Part shown: positions 12,263-22,872 of the stretch, piece by piece
Layout of the letters: every line of letters starts with the position of its first letter
How positions within the stretch are numbered: the first letter of the stretch is position 1
Sequence record: CP025327.1
Reading direction: 5' to 3' (one strand)
Length of the DNA stretch: 32,000 nucleotides
Notes under the pieces: generated by a model
What the model was told of the DNA's origin: nothing
Databases searched by the model: none
Seen by the model: the letters and a program-made list of their open reading frames with translations, nothing else
Position numbers and translations under genes: made by a program

Positions 12263-12264
12263 AT

Positions 12265-13293
12265 ATGATATTAAGTATTATAACAATATTAATATTTGTA
12301 ATCTGTATACTTCTAAGTGTAGCTTATTTAACAGTTGCCGAGAGAAAGACATTAGCATATATGCAACGTAGATTAGGTCCCAATGCAGTAGGATATTATG
12401 GATTATTAATGGCATTTGCAGATGCAGCTAAACTATTATTAAAAGAAATAATTATACCTAGAGAGGCCAATTTTGCCATAATGTTATTATCACCATTAAT
12501 TGCATTATTCTCTGCCTTATTAGGATGAGCTGTAGTTCCTTTTGGACCTAGTATTACTATAGGGGATATAGAATATGGTCTATTATATGGATTAGCTATT
12601 AGTAGTTTAGGTGTATTTGGTAATCTATTAGTTGGTTGAGCATCTAATTCTAAATATGCTTTATTAGGTAGTGTTCGTTCTACTGCACAATTAATTAGTT
12701 ATGAATTAGTTTTAACTACTATTGTATTAATAGTTATTATGTTTACTAGTAACTTAAATATGACATTGATTATTGAATCTCAACGTAGTATATGATATGT
12801 TATACCCTTATTACCTATCTTAGTTATCTTTTATATTGCCTCAGTTGCAGAAACTAATCGTCCACCATTTGATTTAGTAGAAGCAGAATCCGAATTAGTA
12901 TCAGGTCATTTAACTGAATTATCTGCTGCTCCATTTGTATTATTCTTCTTATCTGAATATAGTAATATTATGCTAATATGTTGTTTAAATATTACTCTAT
13001 TTTTAGGAGGATACCTTAACTTTAATATATTCACTAATCTATTATCTATTAATATTCTTAATGATTCTATTATATTAACTTTAATTGAAGGACTTATTTA
13101 TGGAGCTAGTCTAGGGGTGAAAGCTAATATTCTTATGTTCACATTTATTTGAGTTAGAGCTGCTTTCCCTAGAATTAGATTTGATCAATTAATTAATTTC
13201 TGTTGATTAATTTTATTACCTCTATTATTTGCTATTGTTATATTAGTTCCTTGTATTCTATCTGTATTTGATGGATTACCTGTTTTATTGTAA
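12265..13293 (+). CDS. nad1: NADH dehydrogenase subunit 1
   Basis: ATG at 12265 to TAA at 13291-13293, 342 aa. Five in-frame TGA=Trp codons lie at 12526, 12637, 12793, 13150 and 13204. Hallmark ND1 blocks are present: [52 protein letters not shown]. The reading frame is continuous, with no intron. Confidence 0.95.
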
Positions 13294-13308
13294 TCTTTTA
13301 TATATATT

Positions 13309-13395
13309 TAGAATATAATCTTTTATCAATATTTAGAATTTTAGAATATAATCTTTTATCAATATTTAGAATATAATCTTTTATCAATATTTAAA
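13309..13395. repeat. Tandem repeat, 25 bp x about 3.3, immediately 3' of nad1
   Basis: tagaatataatcttttatcaatatt starts at 13309, 13342 and 13367. One copy has an 8-bp insertion. Confidence 0.8.
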
Positions 13396-13404
13396 ATATA
13401 ACTA

Positions 13405-13512
13405 TATAATTATTATCTTTTATATTATTATATATCTTTTATATAATTATTATCTTTTATATTATTATATATCTTTTATATAATTATTATCTTTTATATT
13501 ATTATATATCTT
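13405..13512. repeat. Tandem repeat, 37 bp x 2.9
   Basis: tataattattatcttttatattattatatatctttta starts at 13405, 13442 and 13479. Confidence 0.9.
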
Positions 13513-13692
13513 ATATATTATATTATATATTATTATTATCTTATATATTATTTAAATAGTACCTATATTATTATAATAAATTATATATATCTTTAATAGG
13601 TTATCTATTATATTATAATATTATAATATTATTACATTATAACATTATGACATTTTTATATTGTAACATTATAACATTGTAACATTATAATA

Positions 13693-13732
13693 TTAATAAT
13701 TAATAATTAATAATTAATAATTAATAATTAAT
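13693..13732. repeat. Microsatellite, 7 bp (ttaataa) x 5.7
   Basis: Perfect copies counted directly. Confidence 0.9.
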
Positions 13733-13984
13733 GATTATTCTTACATAAATTATAATATTAATAAGAATTAGAACATTAATAATAATTATAATTATTGTTA
13801 GATTAGTTGTCTATCTTATTAGAATAGATTTATCTTATTATAAACTTTATTAGAATAGATATTATTACGGTCTTATTATATTATCAAATTATATTTGGTT
13901 ATTATAGATTACCTATCTTATTATAGTATATATTCTTATCTCTTTTATTAGAGTAAATATATTTACCTTTATTATTATAATAGA

Positions 13985-14037
13985 TATATTTATATATTTT
14001 ATATATTTTATATATTTTATATATTTTATATATTTTA
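13985..14037. repeat. Microsatellite, 9 bp (tatatttta) x 5+
   Basis: Perfect copies from 13993 to 14037. Confidence 0.9.
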
Positions 14038-14040
14038 TAG

Positions 14041-14200
14041 TAGAAGTATTAAGATACTTTAATTAAGTATAATAGAAGTATTAAGATACTTTAATTAAGT
14101 ATAATAGAAGTATTAATATACTTTAATTAAGTATAGTAGAAGTACTAATATAGTTTAATTAAGTATAGTAGCAATATTAAGATATCTTAATTAATTAATA
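14041..14200. repeat. Tandem repeat, 32 bp x 5
   Basis: tagaagtattaagatactttaattaagtataa starts at 14041, 14073, 14105, 14137 and 14169. Confidence 0.9.
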
Positions 14201-15565
14201 TAAATAATATTATTAGAGTATTCAAGTTATATTATATCAATTACTTCTCTAATATAATTTATATTATATAAATTCTCCATATCCTATTAATGATATATAA
14301 ATTAAGTTCTGTATAATCATATAATTATATATAAATTATATTATGTATAATGATTTATTTGTATACAAATTATGTTATATATAATCATTTAATTATAATG
14401 TATAAATTAAGTTACCTATATTAATCATTAATATATAAATTAAGTTATCTAGATTAATTTTAGTATAGCATACAAATTATATAATTTCTATTAATCATCT
14501 TAATATAGTATACAAATTATATTATTTCTATTAATTATCTTAATATAGTATACAAATTATATTATTTAGATTATCTTAATATATGAGATAAGTTAATTAC
14601 ATTATTATAATAGATAAGTTAATCATATCAGATTAATTATTATCTAATATATACAATATTATTATCTAATATATAGAATATTATTATTTAATATATACAA
14701 TACAATACAATATTATATATCTAATATATACAATATTATAATAAATAACTTATTAGTATATAAACTAGATTATATAGAAGTTATTTATAATCTAATAAAA
14801 ATATATAATAGTAATTTAAGTTTATATTATATATTATAATATTTACAATATTAATTATATTATTTATGATACTATTTATTATAAAAAAAAATATATATAT
14901 TGCTAATTATAATATTTACTATACTATAATATGTCTATTATTAATTATAATATTTATTATACTATAATATATCTATTATTAATTATCATATAATATATCT
15001 ATTATTAATTATAATATAATATGTCTATTATTAATTAAAGTTAAGATTTATTATTTAATAATATATATTTATTTATAAATGATTCATTATAATCGAATAT
15101 ATATAAAATATATAATGATAATAATATCTAAAGAAATATAAAGAATATATATAAAGTATATAATGATAATAGTATCTAAATAAATGTAAATAATACATAT
15201 ATAATATATATATGATAACAATATTTAAATAAATGTAAATAATATCTATATAATCTAATTCTATAAGATAATGATAATGGATATATTACATAAATAATAT
15301 ATTATATCTATATAATATATTTATATAGTACTTAAATTAAATCTGATTCATTTATAAGTAAGTATATCATATACATTTAATTATAATAGTATATAAGTGT
15401 GTTATTAAATTAACTTAAATTAAATTATATTATATTATATTATCATAATATATATAATCAAATATATAAAATATATATTCTTATAATAATGTATAATGTA
15501 TATTGAATAATAATACATAGTAACTATTAATGTTAACTATTATTGTTAATGTTAATACATATATA

Positions 15566-15637
15566 TGCAATATAGTGTAATTGGAAACATATTAGGCCCA
15601 TGTCCTAATGATATACGTTCAACTCGTATTGTTGCTA
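15566..15637 (+). tRNA. trnM: tRNA-Met (CAU), initiator-like
   Basis: TGCAATA ta gtgt-aattggaa-acat a TTAGG ccCATgt CCTAA tgat ATACG ttcaact CGTAT TGTTGCT a. The 1:72 pair is unpaired (T:T) and G-C pairs close the anticodon stem, both initiator-like traits. Position 33 is an unusual C. Confidence 0.7.
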
Positions 15638-16960
15638 TTGTACTTATTCTTAGACTTATTTTTATATTTTATATTATAATAATAGATTATTATTATATAT
15701 TTAGTATCTCAATGATATTATATATTAATATTCTATTTGTTTATTATTTATTTATATCTTTATATATATTATATTGTCTAATAATATTACATTATAATAT
15801 AGATTATGTTCTCTTATAATATTATATCTTTATAGATATATATTTTTATAGATTAATATATCCTATTTCAATATATTACAATATATTATATATTATGTTT
15901 ATATTAGTATTAACATAATATAATATTTTATATATCATGCTTATATTAGTATACTACAATAATTTATATTATGTTTATATTACCACACTATGACATTATA
16001 TATATTATATATATATTAGTATATTACAATACTTTATATATTATGTTTATATTAGCATATTATAATAATAATATATTATGTTTATATTAGGATATTATAA
16101 TATTTTATTATGATTATATTAGCATATTATAATATTAGGTTACAATAATTTAAGATTATATTCAAATATTATTATAATATATTAATACTTAATTATCTTA
16201 AGTTATTATAATGATAATTATAATCATCTTATTAATATGTTATAATCATATAGTTTATTGTCTCAATATATTATATATATGTCACAATCATATATAATTA
16301 TATCTATGTATTATATATATGTCACAATTATATATAATTATATCTATGTATTATAATAATAATATCCATAAGTTACAATGATATATATATATTATATTAT
16401 TAATATGATATAATGAGATATATTTAGAAGGTACAAGGTACAAAGTATAATTAAATATATGTATTATTATTATCTCTATGTATTCTATTATTGATATGGT
16501 ACAATTAGACATATGTATTATAATTATCTCTAAGTATTATCTTATATTTTATTCATATAGTACAATTAGACATATGTATTATCTTATATCTTATTCATAT
16601 AGTACAATTATACATATATATTATCTTATATCTTATTCATATAGTACAAGGTACAATTAGATATATATATTATATTTATCTCTAATTATTATGAGGACTA
16701 TGATCTTTTATAACTTAATTATAATCTAATATAATATTACATTAATAGAATATTAATATGTTAAGTACAATATACAATAATGTACCAATATATATTAACA
16801 TTGATTATGGATTGATATATTATGTTATTATATATATGAATATATATATAATCTGGATATATTTTGATATGTCATCTATATTATCATTATCTTATATAAT
16901 ATAATCTATATTATCATTATCTCATATAATATAATCTATATATTAACTATCTTATAGGAG

Positions 16961-17045
16961 ACAATGTGGATACAATGTGGATACAATGTAGATATAATGT
17001 AGATATAATGTAGATACAATATAGATATAATGTAGATACAATGTA
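16961..17045. repeat. Tandem repeat, 11 bp (acaatgtggat) x 7.7
   Basis: Eleven-base register holds from 16961, with single-base variants. Confidence 0.9.
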
Positions 17046-17946
17046 TATTCTTACTCTATTATATAATATAATTTCTATATGAGGTATATATTAGTATATA
17101 TATCACTATATAAGAGAATATAATTAATATATAATATGTATAATTTCACTATATTATTTATTATAATTAGATATAACATTTATATTAATATTATAGAGAT
17201 ATCACATTTATATTAGTATAATATGACTATATTATATATATATTTAGTATTCTATGACTATATTATTTATATCTCATATTTATATTAGTATAATATGATT
17301 ATATTATTATAGTTGACTATTCATTAATATATGCCATATAATATATGATATTAATATATCCCATATAATATATAATATTAATCTATGCCATAAAATATAA
17401 GATATTAATATATACCATATAATATATGATATTAATCTATGCCCTAAGATATTTGACATTAATATACGACATTAATATATTACATTAATATATGGATTAA
17501 TATTTGACATTAATATATGACATTAATATATTACATTAATATATGGATTAATATATGACATTAATATATTACATTAATATATGAATTAATATATGATATT
17601 AATATAATATTGCAAGGTATAGTGTAACCTTCATAAACTACAATATAATATTGATAAGATATAATGTAACTTTGATAAGCTATAATAAGATATTAATAAG
17701 ATATAATGTAACTTTGATAAGCTATAATAAAGAATGGATAAGATGTAATATAATATTAATAAAATACAATGTAATATTGATAAGGTACAATATAATTATA
17801 ATAAAGTGATAATTAAGAATAATAATTAACAATATCATAATCTAATATAAATAAATAATAATGTCAGAATCTAATATTAATAAGAAGTAATATTATTATG
17901 ACATAATATAGCTAAGTTATCAGACTATAATAAATTGGATAATTAA

Positions 17947-18018
17947 AGGTTCATAATTCAAAGGTTAGAATATAATGTTGATAACGTTAATATACTGGTT
18001 CGAGTCCAGTTGAACCTA
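17947..18018 (+). tRNA. trnI: tRNA-Ile (GAU)
   Basis: AGGTTCA ta attc-aaaggtta-gaat a TAATG ttGATaa CGTTA atat ACTGG ttcgagt CCAGT TGAACCT a. This is a canonical cloverleaf with a perfect acceptor stem. Confidence 0.92.
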
Positions 18019-18480
18019 AGTAAATATATCTACTATAATCTATATAATAGATATACTATATTGTAAATATTAGATATACTATATTCTATATAATAGATAT
18101 ACTATATTATAAATATTAGATATATTAAGAATAGTAATATGTTATATATAATATAGATTAATAAGAGTAATATATATACTCTATCTAAGAGTTAAATATA
18201 AATTATAATTGTACTATAAAAAATATGTATTATAACAATTCTTATTATAAGAATATTTATTATAAAATAAATAAGAATAACTATTATAAGATAAATAAGA
18301 ATAACTATTATAAGATAAATAAGATAAATATTCCAATAATAACTATTATATATTTCTATAATAATTATGTTATAATGAGACTATAAAATATATTTATAAT
18401 AACTATTAGATATTATATAACATATATTTATTAGAGATTATATAACATATATTTATTAGATATTATATAACATATATTTA

Positions 18481-18529
18481 TATATTATATATTATATATT
18501 ATATATTATATATTATATATTATATATTC
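18481..18529. repeat. Microsatellite, 7 bp (tatatta) x 7
   Basis: Perfect copies counted directly. It lies 30 bp upstream of trnS. Confidence 0.9.
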
Positions 18530-18560
18530 AATAGTCTATAATCTATAGTCTATATACTAA

Positions 18561-18647
18561 GGACAAATGACCGAGTGGTTTATGGTGTAATATTTGAGCT
18601 ATTATGTATTGGTTTCAATACCGGGAGTTCGAATCTCTCTTTGTCCG
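18561..18647 (+). tRNA. trnS: tRNA-Ser (UGA), long variable arm
   Basis: GGACAAA tg accg-agtggttta-tggt g TAATA ttTGAgc TATTA, then an 18-nt variable arm with a gtattg/caatac stem, then GGGAG ttcgaat CTCTC TTTGTCC g. Confidence 0.92.
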
Positions 18648-20953
18648 TATATATAATAATAGTTTTATTTTATATAAGATTAAGGTTAAAATCTCTTATA
18701 TTTTTTATATTAAGATTAAGATTAAAATCTCTTATGTATTTTATATAATATTATGATTGAGATTATATATAGTTACAATATATATATTATATTAATATTT
18801 ACATTACATATAATTACAATTTATAACGTTAAGATGAACATTATATACAATAACAATTATAATATATTATTGACATTATATATTTCCCTATATAAAATAT
18901 AACATGATATTTCCCTATATAAAATTTAATATGATATTTCCCTCTATATAATATAATATGATATTAACATAAATATATATTAATATTTAATACCTATATA
19001 AATTATAATTATAGCATTATAATTAATATTAATATTAATATTAGTATTAAATAATATGTACATATTATAATAAGTTAACTATGACATTTACAATGAGATT
19101 ATATAATTTGTATATCTCATTATATAATTATAATTTAATATAAATATAGTTTATATTTATATTGTAAATAGAGGTATATTATTCTAATATAGCTTATAAG
19201 AATTATATAATAAATTCTATTATCTATATAATTTTTATATATATGTCCTTATAGTTGTACAGATAATAGATCATTAATCATAATTATATATGATTATAAC
19301 TTAATATAATATAATTATATATTAATATAATAGATAATTATTGTTAATTAATCTAGATTATAATTAGAACTTAATATAAAAGATTATTATTATTAATTAA
19401 TATAGATTATTATTAGATATAATTAGAACTTAATATAATAGATTATATAAGTATAGCTTATACATATAATTATATATTGTAAATATAATTAATTAAGTAT
19501 AGCTTATATATATCTCTATATTAGTATAGTTTAGTATATTATATATTAATATATATATTGATATGATATAAGATCTTATATATATTAATCTGATTTAGGA
19601 ATGTTATATATAATTGGATATATAATATAACACTATTATTTTTATTTAGTATATAACTCATATTATATAATATAATTACAATTAGGGATTAATATATTAC
19701 TCATATTTATGATATGATAATTATTTTATCTATAATTAATAATTATAATATCTATAATTCATATTAATGGTATGATTATTATTTTATCTATAATTAATAG
19801 TAACAATATCTAAAATTGATATTAATAGTACAATAATAATTTAGTTTCTAATTCTAATTATAACTTCTATTCAATAGATAATTATAATTCAATCTTACTC
19901 TAATTAAGAGTCACGATTAATGAGATAATACTAATTAAATATATGAGGTCATATCTAATACTTATTTAATATATAAGATAATATCTAATACTAATCTAAT
20001 CTATATTTTAACTATCTAATACTAATTTAATATATAAGATAATATCTAATATTAATTTAATATATAAGGTAATATCTAATACTAATTAAATATATGAGAT
20101 ATATGATATATGAGATATTCTTATATTTATATATATGATATATAATATATTCTTATATTTTATAATATAATATGGATTCAGTATATACCTATAGTAATAA
20201 TATTCTCATATATAATTTATATAATTCTAATAATATACTTATTAAATAACTATAATTATTTATATAAGTCTAATTATTATATAACTATAATTATTTATTT
20301 AAGTCTAATTATATACTTATTATATAACTATAATTATTTATTTAACTCTCACTTCGTATATATGATAATATAATATCTAATATTTAAGTTTATTAGATCT
20401 AATTCTAATTCTAATTCTAATAGAACTTAGTATAATTATTATTTAATATATTATTTTATAATAACTTAATATATAATATAAATGTAATTATATTTATATT
20501 TAATATGTAGTATAATTTAATTTGATGTATAATATAGATATAATTATAATATAACTTGATTTATATATTATTTTAATCTAATCTAATATTAGATCTTTAA
20601 TATAATAATATATTATTTTAATCTAATCTAATATAAGATCTTTAATATAAAAATATATTAATTTAATGTAAGATCTTTAATATAAAAATATATTACTTTA
20701 TTATAATAATAATAAAGTATTTAGGTACATTACTTATTAAATTATATTTATTATAAATCAATATATAATTTATATATTTTATATATCTTATTTATTTCAA
20801 TAAGTAACTTACTATATATTTGAATATATTACTTAAAGTATTTATCTAAATAAGTATAAATATCTATTTATATGATTAATCAATAATTTATCTTATATAA
20901 CGAATCTATTAATGAAGTCTAATAATAATAATATGTAATTCTATGTAAATGAC

Positions 20954-21025
20954 AGAATTATAGCTTAATCGGTAAAGCATGCCACTCATAATGGTTGTAT
21001 CAGAGATCGAAACTCTGTAATTCTA
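20954..21025 (+). tRNA. trnM: tRNA with CAU anticodon (elongator Met or lysidine-modified Ile2)
   Basis: AGAATTA ta gctt-aatcggta-aagc a TGCCA ctCATaa TGGTT gtat CAGAG atcgaaa CTCTG TAATTCT a. There is one T:T mismatch at the top of the anticodon stem. Confidence 0.85.
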
Positions 21026-21065
21026 TAAAGTATAAATAGCTTAATGTTAATTATCAAAAATATAT

Positions 21066-21159
21066 CTTAATGGTATTTATAGAAAAGTATAATTTCTTAA
21101 AGGTAGTTATAGCTTAATGATATTTATAGAAAAATATAATTTCTTAAAGGTAGGTATAG
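21066..21159. repeat. Tandem repeat, 47 bp x 2, that includes the 5' acceptor strand and D-arm start of trnH
   Basis: cttaatgRtatttatagaaaaRtataatttcttaaaggtagKtatag occurs at 21066 and 21113. The array runs straight into the genuine trnH (cttaatggtaaagcc at 21160). An older degenerate copy, tagcttaatgtta, sits at 21037. Confidence 0.9.
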
Positions 21160-21220
21160 CTTAATGGTAAAGCCGATTCTTGTGGCGAATCTTATCTGCG
21201 TTCAATTCGCAGTATTTACC
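21149..21220 (+). tRNA. trnH: tRNA-His (GUG) with genomically encoded G-1
   Basis: g GTAGGTA ta gctt-aatggta-aagc c GATTC ttGTGgc GAATC ttat CTGCG ttcaatt CGCAG TATTTAC c. The acceptor stem has two G:U pairs. The extra 5' G lies opposite discriminator C73. Confidence 0.88.
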
Positions 21221-21634
21221 CTTATATAATTGGTATATAACTCTTATATTTAATTAATAATTATAATTATATTTTGTATAAATCTTATATTTAATTAATA
21301 ATTATAATTATATCTTGTATATATCTTATATATATTTGATCATATTTTATTCTTATAATTATTTATATTTAAATATACTCTATAATTTATAACTAGGTAA
21401 TATCAATACTTTATAATTTATAATAATGTTAATATAAATAGTTTATAACTACATAATGTGATTTACAATTATGTCAATATATAGTTATTATAAATATGTC
21501 AATAATATTATTATTTACAACTATGTCAATATATAATTATTATAAATATATCAATATATAGTTATTATAAATATGTCAATATAAAGTTATCTAATTATTA
21601 TAACTATTTTATAAATATGATTATATAATCATTA

Positions 21635-21740
21635 AAAAGTATTTATATAATTCAATGATTAGAAGTATATTAAAAGTACTTATATAGTTCAATGGTTAGA
21701 AGTATATTAAAAGTACTTATATAGTTCAATGGTTAGAACA
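21635..21740. repeat. Tandem repeat, 37 bp x 3; the last copy is the 5' third of the trnM-like gene at 21715
   Basis: aaaagtaYttatataRttcaatgRttagaa starts at 21635, 21672 and 21709. Copy 2 is identical to the genuine gene through the D arm and then diverges (gtatatt versus cactgac). Confidence 0.9.
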
Positions 21741-21787
21741 CTGACCTCATATGTCAGTAATGATAGGTTCAATTCCTTCTATAGGTA
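21715..21787 (+). tRNA. trnM: tRNA with CAU anticodon (elongator Met or lysidine-modified Ile2)
   Basis: ACTTATA ta gttc-aatggtta-gaac a CTGAC ctCATat GTCAG taatg ATAGG ttcaatt CCTTC TATAGGT a. The acceptor, D and anticodon stems are good. The T stem has only 3 clean pairs. Confidence 0.7.
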
Positions 21788-22049
21788 GAAAGATAACTAA
21801 ATAATACAAGTTTTATCATTAAATTATCTATATAAAGTTATAGTGGTTAATACAAATTAATATAATGATCTAAGTATCCTTATATAAAATTTATCATATA
21901 TCTTTTATATATGATATATCATATATCACTTAATAAGTTTTATGATTTCTCACTTAATGATTTAAGTTTTGTTCTTTAACTATGTTATCTCGCAGAAAAC
22001 TGCAGGTTCAAACTAATATATTATAATATTAATATATTAAAGATATTTA

Positions 22050-22120
22050 GCCTTTATAGCTTAACGGTAGAGCAATAAATTGAAGCTTTATGAGTCGAGG
22101 TTCAATTCCTTGTAAGGGCA
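22050..22120 (+). tRNA. trnF: tRNA-Phe (GAA)
   Basis: GCCTTTA ta gctt-aacggta-gagc a ATAAA ttGAAgc TTTAT gagt CGAGG ttcaatt CCTTG TAAGGGC a. Confidence 0.9.
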
Positions 22121-22129
22121 ATATAATTA

Positions 22130-22201
22130 GGGAACATAGTTTAATGGTAAAACCTTTATCTTTTAAGTAAATTCATGGTGGTTCAAATCCACCTGTTCTC
22201 A
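22130..22201 (+). tRNA. trnK: tRNA-Lys (UUU)
   Basis: GGGAACA ta gttt-aatggta-aaac c TTTAT ctTTTaa GTAAA ttcat GGTGG ttcaaat CCACC TGTTCTC a. It lies 9 bp downstream of trnF. Confidence 0.9.
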
Positions 22202-22834
22202 ATTAAGATTTATTATATAATTAGTTTATTATTCTTTTATTTATAGTTCATTTATTTTATTTTATTTAGATTAAATTATTATTATAATATATATATTTAA
22301 TATTCTATTTATTATCCAATATATTATTGTTATATCTATTATTTATACTCAATATTTTATTATTATATCTATTATTTATACTCAATATATTATTGTTATA
22401 ATTCTTAGTTTTTTATTGTTAATATTATTGTTATAATTCTTAGTTTTTAATTGTTAATGTACATTTAATTTATTAGTTATTTACTATTTATATTTATATT
22501 ATGTTTAATTAATATTTTTTGTACTAATATTTAATACATTACATATTTATCCTTTATAATTATTATATATTTATCTTATAACTCATATTTAATATATAGT
22601 TCAATATATATTATATTTATATAGTATCTATTTGTTATATAGTCCAATTATATATCTTATATATATATACCTTATATATATATATCTTACATATATATCT
22701 TATATTTATATACCTTATATATATATCTTATATTTATGTACCTTATATATATATATCTTATATTTAATTAGTATAGAGCTATACTATAGTTTAATATTTA
22801 TATATTTATATACTTTATACTTTATATTTTAGAT

Positions 22835-22872
<38 letters not shown>

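Noticed and set aside
3543-12264. Regularly spaced repeats that might be taken for CRISPR arrays.
   Set aside because: The units abut one another with no unique spacers. The periods and copy numbers are those of simple tandem duplications. The context is mitochondrial and there are no cas genes.
12265-13293. Possible introns or split genes, suggested by the fragmented track ORFs in nad1, nad4 and nad6.
   Set aside because: All fragments of each gene are in one frame and are separated only by TGA codons at positions where Trp fits. The proteins are colinear and full length, so the breaks are a genetic-code artefact.
15352-15360. ttataagta, an 8/9 match to the Saccharomyces mitochondrial promoter nonamer ATATAAGTA, about 205 bp upstream of the initiator-like tRNA.
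   Set aside because: AATAAGTA-like strings occur repeatedly inside unrelated repeat units (for example 5811, 5842, 5873 and 25214). A near match is expected by chance at this composition. Promoter consensus in this unidentified lineage is also unknown.
15565-15819. 84-aa ORF starting MQYSVIGNILGPCPNDIRSTRIVAIV.
   Set aside because: Its only non-low-complexity part is the translation of the tRNA(CAU) at 15566-15637. The remainder is repeat-derived Ile/Tyr/Leu sequence.
21955-22015. tRNA-like fragment ...ttatctcgcagaaaactgcaggttcaaact... between the CAU tRNA and trnF, resembling the trnH T-arm region (ttatctgcgttcaattcgcag).
   Set aside because: No complementary T stem, acceptor stem or anticodon arm can be drawn on either strand. 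At best it is a scrambled relic of a tRNA 3' half.
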